A stretch of 12,894 bases of DNA, taken from contig JBCCQY010000213.1 in NCBI GenBank assembly GCA_039208735.1, positions 1-12,894 on the forward strand, in the 5' to 3' direction. The notes below the pieces were generated by a model, which worked only from the letters and a program-made list of their open reading frames with translations, was not told the origin of the DNA and searched no databases. Of the stretch, positions 1 to 7,947 are shown in pieces. The stretch comes from Myxococcota bacterium (lineage in GTDB: Bacteria; Myxococcota_A; UBA796; GCA-2862545). The first letter of the stretch is position 1. Every line of letters starts with the position of its first letter. Both the position numbers and the translations under genes were made by a program.

Positions 1-447
1 ACCGAAGCCACGGGCAAACGACGGTGGACGAGCGACGACTTGCTCGCCAGGGTCGAAGCCGAAGATCTCATGAAGTTTGGGCTCATTCCCGAGTTCATTG
101 GGCGGGTGCCCGTGGTGGCCACCCTCAACCAGCTCGATGAAGACGCGCTCGTGAAGATCCTCACCGAGCCGAAGAACGCGCTAACGAAGCAGTACCAAAA
201 ACTCTTCGAGATGGACGGCGTGCAGCTCAAGTTCACCGACGGCAGCCTTCGGCTGATCGCCCGAGAGGCGCTGAAACGCAAGGCTGGCGCGCGAGGGTTG
301 CGAGGCATCCTCGAAGAGATCATGCTGGATGCCATGTACGACCTTCCAAGCAAGTCGAACGTGCGGGAATGCATCATCAGCGAAGAGGTCGTCGAGGGCA
401 ATCAGCCCGCCATTCTGGTGTACGAGAACGAAGCGGGCTGGGCCTGA
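1..447 (+). CDS. clpX: ATP-dependent Clp protease ATP-binding subunit ClpX, 5'-truncated by the window edge
   Basis: Frame 1 is open from base 1 ([23 protein letters not shown]...). It has the ClpX C-terminal motifs [35 protein letters not shown] and [10 protein letters not shown], and lies directly upstream of lon. Confidence 0.96.
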   Translation, partial: TEATGKRRWTSDDLLARVEAEDLMKFGLIPEFIGRVPVVATLNQLDEDALVKILTEPKNALTKQYQKLFEMDGVQLKFTDGSLRLIAREALKRKAGARGLRGILEEIMLDAMYDLPSKSNVRECIISEEVVEGNQPAILVYENEAGWA

Positions 448-468
448 CCTGGCGAGAGAGGACGATGC

Positions 469-2907
469 ATGGCCTTGTTCGGTGAGTCTGGACCGGAGGG
501 CGGGTCGGGCCGCCGCACGTGGCCGATGCTGCCCCTCCGAGAAGTGGTGGTCTTTCCTCACTCTCCGATGTCTCTTATCATCGGTCGCCCGAAGTCCCTT
601 GCGGCGGTCGAGCGAGCCGTCGCCTCCTCGAGTGGCGAGGTGTTCCTCGTGGCCCAACGGGCCGGCGACAACATCGACCCAACGACGAACGACGTCTTTT
701 CGTTTGGGACGATCGCGACCATTGACCAGGTCTTGAAGCTGCCCGATGGCAACACCAAAATCCTGGTGGAGGGGCAGCGGCGGGCCCGGGTGGTGCGGTT
801 CGTCGATGATTCGCGGATGTTCGAGGTCGAACTCGAGGCCTACCCTGAGCCCAGCTCGGTCTCGGTCGAGGTGCAAGCCCTGGTTCGCACGGTGAAGACG
901 ACCTTCGAACGGTATGTGAAGCTCAACCGAGCCGTCCCTCCCGAGATGCTGTTGGCGGTCAATGCGTTGGAAGACCCATCGCGACTCGCTGACACCCTCG
1001 TGACGCCGCTGCAGTTCAAGCTCGAAGAGCGCCAGGAATTGCTCGAGACCATCGACACCGGCAAGCGGCTCGAACGCATCTACAAGGCCCTGCTGGCCGA
1101 GATCGAGTTTCTGCAGGTGGAGAAGAAGCTCAAAACGCGGGTCAAGCGGGAGCGCGAAAACAACAGCCAGCGAGAATACTGGCTCAATGAGCAGATGAAG
1201 GCGATCCAAAAGGAGCTGGGCGACAAGGAAGGCCGCTCGGACCTCGAGGAACTCGCCCAAGCGATCGCGGGCAAGAGCCTGCCCGAGCACGTCCAGGTCC
1301 GCGCTGAGAAAGAACTGCGCAAGCTGTCGCAGATGAACATGATGAGCGCCGAAGCCACGGTCGTCAGGAACTACCTGGACTGGATTGTGGCCTTGCCGTG
1401 GACCGAAGCGAGCGACGAAGTAGCGTCGCTCCGCAAGGCCGCCGAAGTGCTCGACTCCGACCACTTCGGCCTGCGCAAGATCAAGGAACGCATCCTCGAA
1501 TACCTGGCCGTCGCCACCTTGGTTGAGAAGATGCGAGGCCCCATTCTCTGTCTTGTGGGCCCGCCCGGGGTGGGGAAGACGAGCCTCGCGCGGTCGATCG
1601 CCAATGCGACCCAGCGACCGTTCGTGAAGATCTCGCTTGGGGGCGTGCGCGACGAGGCAGAGATTCGGGGGCATCGCCGCACCTACATCGGCGCCATGCC
1701 TGGCAAAATCCTGCACGCAATGAAGCGAGCCGAAACCGTCGATCCCATTGTTCTGCTCGATGAGATCGACAAGATGAGCGCCGACTTTCGGGGCGACCCC
1801 TCGGCGGCGTTGCTCGAGGTGCTCGATCCCGAGCAAAACCACCAGTTCCAGGACCACTACCTGGACCTCGACTACGACCTGTCGAAGATCACCTTCATCT
1901 GCACGGCGAACTCCCTCCAGGGGATTCCGCTACCCCTCCAGGACCGCCTCGAAGTGATTGAGCTGACGGGCTACACCGAGGTCGAGAAGGTCGCGATCGC
2001 CAGGCGATACCTTCTTCCTCGACAGATGGAACTCAACGGGCTCACCGACGAAAACCTGTTGATGTCCAACAAGGCCCTGCTCCAGACGATCCGCCACTAC
2101 ACCAAGGAATCGGGCGTTCGAAACCTCGAGCGCCAGGTCGCAAGCGTGTGCCGCAAGGTGGCGCGACGGGTGGTGAGCCACGGCAACCAGACCCGTGTGA
2201 AGGTCGTGACCGCCAACCTCGCGAAGTTGTTGGGCCCGCCAAAGTTCCTCGTCGGGCAACGGGAAAAGGAAGACCAGATTGGGCTGGTGAAGGGCCTCGC
2301 GGTGAGCCCGTGGGGCGGTGAGCTGCTCAACATCGAGGTGACCACCCTTTCGGGCAAGGGCAAGCTGCTGTTGACGGGCCGACTCGGCGATTGGCTGAAG
2401 GAGTCCGGCAACGCCGCTTTCACCTACCTGCGGTCCCGAGCCGAAGCGCTTGGACTCGACCCCGATTTCCACGAGAAGACCGACCTGCACATCCACTACC
2501 CCGGCAATGCGCTGCGCACGGATGGTCCTTCGGCGGGCATCGCCATGGCCACCGCGATGGTGAGCGCTGTGACCGGCATTCCGGTGCGCGCCGACACGGC
2601 CATGACCGGCGAGATCACCTTGCGGGGCCGGGTGCTGCCCATCGGAGGTCTCAAGGAGAAGGTGCTTGCGGCGCACCGGGGCGGCATCACGCGGGTGCTC
2701 GTGCCGGCCGAGAACCTCAAGGATCTGGAAGACATCCCCAAGGCCATCCAAGCCGTCGTCGACATCATCGGCGTTTCGCACATGGACCGCGTGCTCAAAG
2801 AGTCGCTGACCGGCAATCAGGCCGAAGAGCTGTTCAGCCAGTCGAGCGGTACCTCAGCCGAAGAGCCTACCGAATGGACAACCAGCGGTGGCATGGGTCG
2901 CGGCTAG
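469..2907 (+). CDS. lon: ATP-dependent protease La (LonA), 812 aa
   Basis: Lon N domain (LPLREVVVFP), Walker A GPPGVGKTS, RGHRRTYIGAMPG, Walker B LLDEIDK, catalytic Ser in DGPSAG and catalytic Lys in PIGGLKEK. A purine-rich RBS (GAGAGGA) lies upstream. Confidence 0.98.
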   Translation: MALFGESGPEGGSGRRTWPMLPLREVVVFPHSPMSLIIGRPKSLAAVERAVASSSGEVFLVAQRAGDNIDPTTNDVFSFGTIATIDQVLKLPDGNTKILVEGQRRARVVRFVDDSRMFEVELEAYPEPSSVSVEVQALVRTVKTTFERYVKLNRAVPPEMLLAVNALEDPSRLADTLVTPLQFKLEERQELLETIDTGKRLERIYKALLAEIEFLQVEKKLKTRVKRERENNSQREYWLNEQMKAIQKELGDKEGRSDLEELAQAIAGKSLPEHVQVRAEKELRKLSQMNMMSAEATVVRNYLDWIVALPWTEASDEVASLRKAAEVLDSDHFGLRKIKERILEYLAVATLVEKMRGPILCLVGPPGVGKTSLARSIANATQRPFVKISLGGVRDEAEIRGHRRTYIGAMPGKILHAMKRAETVDPIVLLDEIDKMSADFRGDPSAALLEVLDPEQNHQFQDHYLDLDYDLSKITFICTANSLQGIPLPLQDRLEVIELTGYTEVEKVAIARRYLLPRQMELNGLTDENLLMSNKALLQTIRHYTKESGVRNLERQVASVCRKVARRVVSHGNQTRVKVVTANLAKLLGPPKFLVGQREKEDQIGLVKGLAVSPWGGELLNIEVTTLSGKGKLLLTGRLGDWLKESGNAAFTYLRSRAEALGLDPDFHEKTDLHIHYPGNALRTDGPSAGIAMATAMVSAVTGIPVRADTAMTGEITLRGRVLPIGGLKEKVLAAHRGGITRVLVPAENLKDLEDIPKAIQAVVDIIGVSHMDRVLKESLTGNQAEELFSQSSGTSAEEPTEWTTSGGMGRG

Positions 2908-3728
2908 CCATCGAGCCCGCGGGTGGCGATGAACTTCGAACGCCCGCGCTCGCCAAGCCGAACAAAGAACGGCTCGACCCGATGAATGAGCCACGGGAAC
3001 GAGCCCACGAGGCGGGTCAAGATCGAATCGGAGTAGGGCAGGTAGGTCTCGAGGGCCCCGCTGGACAGGGCGCGCATGCAGGCATCGCCGACCTGATCCG
3101 CGGTGAGCACTTCACCCACAAAATTGAGGGGAGAGCCTCCCGGATGCATAGCTTCAAGCCGGAGCATTGGTGTGTCGACGCCACTCGGGAACACCCCCAT
3201 GACCCGAACCCCATCCTTCAGCAGCTCGGCATGAATCGCTTGCTGAAAGCCACGCAAGCCAAACTTAGCCGCCGAGTACGAGGCGCTGCCCCGTAAGGAG
3301 AGGATGCCTCCCATGCTGACGATCGACAGGATGTCGCCGCCGCCTCGTTCACGCATGAACCTCGCCACTACTCGCGTGAGCTGCATCGGAGCCACCAGGT
3401 TGATCTGAACGTGGCGGTCGATGGCCTCCGCATCGAGCTGCACGACATTGCCGGGCAAGATGTAGCCCGCATTGTTCACAAGCAAGCTCAGATCTGCGTA
3501 GTCGCGTTCGATGCGTTCACCCAACGCCGCAATGCCCTGTGCCGTCGAGAGGTCCGCGTGCAGAACCGCGCAGGGCTGTCGAAGGGACTGCGCCACCTGC
3601 TCCGCGCGCGCCACGTCGATGTCAGCGAGGACGAGTTGGTAGCCTCGCTTGTCGAGCCGTTCTGCTATCGACGCCGCAATGGCGCCCCCGCCTCCGGTGA
3701 TGAGCGCCTTCCGGCCAAGCTTGTCCAT
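2904..3728 (-). CDS. Short-chain dehydrogenase/reductase (SDR family oxidoreductase)
   Basis: ALITGGGGAIA Rossmann motif, LVLADID, LLVNNAG, catalytic Ser (IVSMGG), YSAAK (YxxxK) and PSGVDT. ATG at 3728 is preferred over TTG at 3743 because GGAGGA lies just upstream of it. Confidence 0.93.
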   Translation of the reverse strand: MDKLGRKALITGGGGAIAASIAERLDKRGYQLVLADIDVARAEQVAQSLRQPCAVLHADLSTAQGIAALGERIERDYADLSLLVNNAGYILPGNVVQLDAEAIDRHVQINLVAPMQLTRVVARFMRERGGGDILSIVSMGGILSLRGSASYSAAKFGLRGFQQAIHAELLKDGVRVMGVFPSGVDTPMLRLEAMHPGGSPLNFVGEVLTADQVGDACMRALSSGALETYLPYSDSILTRLVGSFPWLIHRVEPFFVRLGERGRSKFIATRGLDG

Positions 3729-3745
3729 TCGTCCTCCATCCAAAA

Positions 3746-3783
3746 ATGAGCAACCCTCACATAATAACCTGAGGGTTTCTCAT
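3746..3783. promoter_or_regulatory. Inverted repeat made of two TGAG-N5-CTCA (T-N11-A) boxes; probable transcription-factor operator for the SDR gene
   Basis: ATGAGCAACCCTCA (3746-3759) and TGAGGGTTTCTCAT (3770-3783) are a 13/14 inverted match. Each arm is itself a dyad, and they are separated by an AT-rich 10-nt spacer. Confidence 0.6.
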
Positions 3784-3820
3784 GTTAGGTGGCACAGAGT
3801 GAGGTGGTGTCGAATCGTGC

Positions 3821-3849
3821 TTGACACGCCCCAGCCCAACCCATAGAGG
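3821..3849 (+). promoter_or_regulatory. Probable sigma70 promoter of the tRNA operon
   Basis: Perfect -35 TTGACA (3821-3826), 17-nt spacer and a weak -10 TAGAGG (3844-3849), about 22 nt upstream of tRNA-Val. Confidence 0.55.
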
Positions 3850-3871
3850 TGTGGAGTCGGTAGGCTCCCGC

Positions 3872-3943
3872 GGGCGGATAGCTCAATGGGAGAGCATCGG
3901 CTTTACACGCCGAGGGTTGCAGGTTCAAATCCTGTTCCGCCTA
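3872..3943 (+). tRNA. tRNA-Val (anticodon TAC), CCA not encoded
   Basis: Acceptor GGGCGGA/TCCGCCT, D-arm GCTC..GAGC, anticodon stem TCGGC/GCCGA with TAC at 3904-3906, T-loop GGTTCAAATCC, discriminator A3943. Confidence 0.96.
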
Positions 3944-3955
3944 CTCACCACTCAC

Positions 3956-4032
<77 letters not shown>

Positions 4033-4040
4033 CTTCATAC

Positions 4041-4077
4041 GAACCCGCTTGGTAATCGCCAAGCGGGTTTCGTCGTT
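4041..4077 (+). terminator. Probable intrinsic terminator after the tRNA pair
   Basis: 12-bp stem GAACCCGCTTGG (4041-4052) / CCAAGCGGGTTT (4059-4070) with a 6-nt loop, followed by an imperfect T-tract. Confidence 0.75.
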
Positions 4078-4092
4078 CAGGAGGTCTTGTCC

Positions 4093-4458
4093 ATGTGGTT
4101 TCTGGCTCTCGTGCCGCTCGCCCTTGGCGGCAAGCAACCCAGCAAGCGCCCGACCGACGAGGAACGTGGGAAGGAGCTCTACGAGCGGCACTGCCACGCC
4201 TGTCACGGGGCCGGGGCTCGCGGCGATGGTCCGGCCACCAAGGCACTACGAGAGGCTGTTCCGGTGGCTCGGAACTTTAAAATCGACGCATCGAAGATCG
4301 ACTTGGTGATGCAGGGCCGAAATCTGATGCCCGCGTTCGGCAACACCTTCGATCGCAACGACGCCAAGCGCGTCCTACGTCACATGGTTCGACTGCCTGA
4401 CGTGGCGACCGAGCCCCCCGAAGCCGAGAAGCCGGCCCCCGAGGCCGAAGCACCGTAG
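4093..4458 (+). CDS. Monoheme c-type cytochrome (class I), exported
   Basis: GKELYERH-CHACH-G heme-attachment motif, likely distal Met in LMPAFG, N-terminal hydrophobic leader and Pro/Glu/Ala-rich tail. Strong RBS AGGAGGT (4079-4085) precedes ATG 4093. Confidence 0.9.
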   Translation: MWFLALVPLALGGKQPSKRPTDEERGKELYERHCHACHGAGARGDGPATKALREAVPVARNFKIDASKIDLVMQGRNLMPAFGNTFDRNDAKRVLRHMVRLPDVATEPPEAEKPAPEAEAP

Positions 4459-4461
4459 CGG

Positions 4462-4917
4462 CTACTTCGCCGCGGTGTAGCGCACCGGGAAATCGAACGC
4501 GAAGCCATCGATGAGGCCGTGGGCAGGAAACCGAGCGCCTGCGAGCGAGGCCCGCGTGCAGCTCACCACATGGTCTGGCCAGTCACCGGCCTCGACCACT
4601 TCAACCCCCGACAACGAACCCGAGCAATCGACGGTCAGCTGCAGCCGTAGCGTTTCTTGAGGCGCATCCGCGGAGGGGGCCAGACACGGCATAAATCGCG
4701 GCGTAGCGGCCCGGAGGCGCTCTCGCAGTGCCTCGGGTGAGGGGCCCTCGGCCGGAAGCGTCATGTCGCAGGCCAGCAGGCCCACATCGAGTTGGGCGAG
4801 CCCAGATGAGGCCCAGGCCTCATCCGACGCTGATGCTGGTACGCGCGACAACGCGATCGTCACGCTGCCGAGGGTTGCTGCGAGGCCGATTCCGACCACC
4901 TGACCCACCGTCCGCAT
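4462..4917 (-). CDS. Exported or membrane-anchored protein with an AgmX/PglI C-terminal-like (TonB C-terminal-like) domain
   Basis: N-terminal hydrophobic segment. The pattern 'FMPCL...LRLQLTVDCSGSLSGVEV...VVSCTRASLAGARFP...FAFDFPVRY' resembles myxobacterial AgmX/PglI/TonB-C-like domains. Recognised by eye only. Confidence 0.6.
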   Translation of the reverse strand: MRTVGQVVGIGLAATLGSVTIALSRVPASASDEAWASSGLAQLDVGLLACDMTLPAEGPSPEALRERLRAATPRFMPCLAPSADAPQETLRLQLTVDCSGSLSGVEVVEAGDWPDHVVSCTRASLAGARFPAHGLIDGFAFDFPVRYTAAK

Positions 4918-5107
4918 TTCGCCTCCGCCAAGACCCTATGGGACCGAACGAAACCTTGCCAACTTTCGATCGAACGCAGGCTCGTTCGTCCGATCCCCAA
5001 GGAACGCTCCGAGATGCCGACTTGTACCGTTGTGCGGTCCCTCCCGTGGCCTAGCGGTGGGGAAACCCTTAGACAGGGCTGGCCACAGCGGCAGGGCGGA
5101 GGCGGTG

Positions 5108-5911
5108 ATGGCGTCGGAAGGCAGCGCACTCGGGGCGTTCGTGTTGGGAGTGATCCAAGGACTCACGGAGTTCTTGCCGGTCTCGTCGTCAGGCCACCTC
5201 GTGCTGTTTCAGCAGTTCATCCCCGTGGCCGGTGATGCGCTGCTCTTCGACCTCGTGCTGCATGTGGGCACGCTTGTGCCGGTGCTCTACTTCTACCGGG
5301 ACTGGGTCGGAAAGCTGATCCTGGACCCCTTCGTCGGTGAGGGGCCCTTCCTCGAACGCGAAGGGGTCCGGTGGATCGGCTACATCGTGCTCGCATCCAT
5401 CCCTACCGCGATCATCGGCATCGCATTCAAGGATCAGTTCGATGCGCTGTTCTCGACACCAGCGACGCTGGCCGTCACCTTCACCATCACCGCCCTGTTG
5501 CTGCTTCTGACGTCACGACTCGATCGCAGCTACCTCGACAAACCGCTCTCGCCCGGCGTGGTCTTGTTGCTGGGCATCGCCCAGGGCCTCGCCATCACCC
5601 CCGGCATCAGCCGGAGCGGTACCACCATCGCGGTGGCCCTCCTGCTGGGGCTGGGGCGTGAGAAAGCGGCTCGTTTCTCATTTCTCATGAGCGTACCCGC
5701 GATCGTAGGCGGGCTCTTGCTCGAGCTTCGGGACGCCGAGCTAGGCGATGTCGACCCCGTGCAGCTGGCGGTTGGCGGCGGAGCCAGTCTGGTCACGGGC
5801 TACCTGGCTCTCGTCCTGCTCGTTCAGGTGGTGCGCCAAGGCCGCATGGCATGGTTCGCGGGCTACCTCTTCCTCGTCGCGGGCTTCTCGCTCTACCGCG
5901 CCATGGCGTAG
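5108..5911 (+). CDS. uppP: Undecaprenyl-diphosphatase UppP (BacA)
   Basis: Signature motifs GVIQGLTEFLPVSSSGHL and QGLAITPGISRSGTT, plus AARFSFLMSVP, in a multi-TM protein. RBS GGAGG (5098-5102) supports ATG 5108 rather than 5030. Confidence 0.96.
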   Translation: MASEGSALGAFVLGVIQGLTEFLPVSSSGHLVLFQQFIPVAGDALLFDLVLHVGTLVPVLYFYRDWVGKLILDPFVGEGPFLEREGVRWIGYIVLASIPTAIIGIAFKDQFDALFSTPATLAVTFTITALLLLLTSRLDRSYLDKPLSPGVVLLLGIAQGLAITPGISRSGTTIAVALLLGLGREKAARFSFLMSVPAIVGGLLLELRDAELGDVDPVQLAVGGGASLVTGYLALVLLVQVVRQGRMAWFAGYLFLVAGFSLYRAMA

Positions 5912-5928
5912 CGCCGAAGGCCAGCGGT

Positions 5929-6021
5929 TCGCGCAAGCTTCGCTTGCTGCTGATCAGACTCGCGCAAGCTTTGCTTGCTGCTGTTCTGATTTCGCGCAAG
6001 CTTCGCTTGCTGCTGATCAGA
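5929..6021. repeat. Three tandem 30-32-bp REP-like hairpin repeats
   Basis: Copies at 5929-5959, 5960-5991 and 5992-6021, consensus TCGCGCAAGCTTCGCTTGCTGCTGATCAGA. Copies 1 and 3 are identical over 30 nt and copy 2 has 3 substitutions. Each contains GCAAGC-N3-GCTTGC. Confidence 0.9.
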
Positions 6022-7207
6022 AGTAAGTCCGAACGGAAAGGAATCCGGCTGGCGGGTAGGTTCCAAACTCGCTCTGGAAGATGGTGTCGGACATGAAGTC
6101 CGGTTGAGCGCCCACCCCCGCGTACAGGCCAGCGGCCAGCGTCGCATTGTTGGCAACAGACCAGCTCAGCCCGGCTGAAACAAGCATCGAAGGGTCGCCC
6201 AGGTTGCCGACCAGAGCCACGTTCGCGTTGATGAGCGAGGTGACTTCCTGGTTCACGGCCAGGCTCGCGTAGGTCCGCCCGACCTGCCACACCTCCCCCC
6301 TCGCGAATCGAGGTCCGAGAAAGATGGCGAGGTACTCGCCCGGATCGTTGCTGCCAAAGCCTTGGTAGTAGGCCTCGGCGGTGAGCGTTGTCGTCGGCGT
6401 CGGTCGCCAATCGGCCCCCACCACCGCCCGAACGAAGGGATCCTCCTCAAGCGCCCCCTCTGGCGGCAGCGTGAGCGTGACGTCGCCATGAATGCCCACC
6501 GGACCGATCGCCGAGACGAATCCTGCGCCAAAGACCGGCTCACCCCGGACCGAGGCCACAAGCCCAATGAGGTCGGTCACCCCCACGGTCGTGCTGGCGT
6601 TAAGGGCGAGAATCGTGTTGTCGACGAAGGGGATGGGTTCATCGCCATGGATGAAGGGCCCAGCCCACGCCGCAACCCCCGTGATTCGACCCGCGGTCCC
6701 GATGTAGCCGTCGATTCGTAGTGCATCGACGCCCGGCTTGTACTCGGTATCGATGACGGCGGCCGAAAACGGGTTGACGATGTCCATTGGCGTGAACACC
6801 AGGCCCGATCCGAAGGTGACGGGCTGGCGGCCGAGGGTCACGTCCAGTCCTGACCGGCTGTACTTCACGCTGAGCCGGTCGGTGCGGCCCCGAATGGTCA
6901 GTCCCGGCCCGGCGTCGGCTTCCCAGGTCAGATCCACGAACTCGGGCGCTTGAAGGCCTACTCCTGACGCCGTTCCTGCTAATCCCACGCCGGGTGGCAC
7001 GTTAAACGTGGTCACCGCGTGATGGGCGAGAAAGTCCCAGTGCTTCCCTGCCGATGCCTCGGCCTTGAGTCGGAAGTCAGCAATGCCCTGACCGGTGTTG
7101 TCGAGTCCTGAAGGAAAACTCGCCACAAAGAAGGTCTTGATGTCGCCGTGCAACGACGCATCGCCGGCGTGAGCGAGCGCGCCCAGCCACCACCCCATGC
7201 CGATCAC
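6017..7207 (-). CDS. Probable outer-membrane beta-barrel protein associated with the ABC/LolA-like operon
   Basis: Short leader ending ALAHA, many alternating amphipathic beta-strands, 'LDVTLGRQPVTFGSG..FTPMDIVNPF' and 'KPGVDALRI' segments, and a C-terminal ...LSVRTYF (BAM-type terminal Phe). The GTG start overlaps the ATPase stop. Confidence 0.7.
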   Translation of the reverse strand: MIGMGWWLGALAHAGDASLHGDIKTFFVASFPSGLDNTGQGIADFRLKAEASAGKHWDFLAHHAVTTFNVPPGVGLAGTASGVGLQAPEFVDLTWEADAGPGLTIRGRTDRLSVKYSRSGLDVTLGRQPVTFGSGLVFTPMDIVNPFSAAVIDTEYKPGVDALRIDGYIGTAGRITGVAAWAGPFIHGDEPIPFVDNTILALNASTTVGVTDLIGLVASVRGEPVFGAGFVSAIGPVGIHGDVTLTLPPEGALEEDPFVRAVVGADWRPTPTTTLTAEAYYQGFGSNDPGEYLAIFLGPRFARGEVWQVGRTYASLAVNQEVTSLINANVALVGNLGDPSMLVSAGLSWSVANNATLAAGLYAGVGAQPDFMSDTIFQSEFGTYPPAGFLSVRTYF

Positions 7208-7947
7208 TTTCGTAGATCCTCTTTGATCATGCCGTCTTCGAGGCGCACCACGCGGCGTGCGGCGTCCATGACCTTCGGGTCGTGCGTCGCGAACACGAAC
7301 GTGATGCCGAACTCTTGGTTGAGTTGCTTCATCAACGCAATGAGGTCGTCGCCCGTCTTCGAGTCGAGGTTCGCGGTAGGTTCATCCGCAAGTACCAACG
7401 CGGGCTTCCCTGCGATGGCTCGGGCCACCGCGACGCGCTGTTGCTGTCCCCCTGACAACTCGCTCGGACGCCGATGCTCCATGCCCGTAAGCCCCACCGA
7501 GGCCAGCGTCTCCAGGACAATCTTGCGGCGCTCCGCGGCCCCCACGCCCCGCAACATCAACACGAATTCAGCATTCTCGAGGGCTGAGAGCACGGGAATG
7601 AGGTTGTAGCTCTGAAAGATGAATCCCAGACGCCGAAGCCGCAGGTCCGACAGCTGAGCCGAGGTCAGCCGCGTCAGGTCCTGATCTTCGATGAGGACTT
7701 TGCCGCTCGTGGGCGTGTCGAGCGCGCCAATCTGGTTCAGCAGGGTGGTCTTGCCCGAACCCGACGGCCCCATGAGGGCTGTGAATTCGCCAGGGGCAAT
7801 CTCGAGATCGACCCCCCTTAGCGCTTTCACGGTGATGGTACCTTGCTGGTATTCGCGTTTAAGGTCCCGCACCGTGACGATGGGGGTCGCCGCATCGGTC
7901 CGCGCGGAGGCGGACGAGAGTCCTTCGGTCTCCATGGAACGCTCCAT
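7204..7947 (-). CDS. ABC transporter ATP-binding protein, LolD/MacB-like
   Basis: Walker A GPSGSGKT, Q-loop GFIFQSYNL, signature LSGGQQQRVAVARA, Walker B LVLADEPTANLD, H-loop ATHD. The exact start is uncertain (7947 or 7935). Confidence 0.95.
   Translation of the reverse strand: MERSMETEGLSSASARTDAATPIVTVRDLKREYQQGTITVKALRGVDLEIAPGEFTALMGPSGSGKTTLLNQIGALDTPTSGKVLIEDQDLTRLTSAQLSDLRLRRLGFIFQSYNLIPVLSALENAEFVLMLRGVGAAERRKIVLETLASVGLTGMEHRRPSELSGGQQQRVAVARAIAGKPALVLADEPTANLDSKTGDDLIALMKQLNQEFGITFVFATHDPKVMDAARRVVRLEDGMIKEDLRK

Noticed and set aside
181..1857. 558-aa antisense ORF (and 1930-2781, 283 aa) opposite clpX/lon
   Set aside because: Shadow ORFs on the reverse strand of strongly conserved genes in high-GC DNA, with no recognisable motifs.
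3433..3441. Partial matches of the putative TnpB guide (TCGAGCTG...) inside the SDR, a permease (~10159) and usp (~11979)
   Set aside because: Only 8-9 nt of a very common high-GC word, so not credible targets without a known TAM.
5929..6021. Possible mini CRISPR array (palindromic ~30-bp repeats)
   Set aside because: Units are head-to-tail with only 1-2 nt between them, so there are no spacers, and there are no cas genes in the window.
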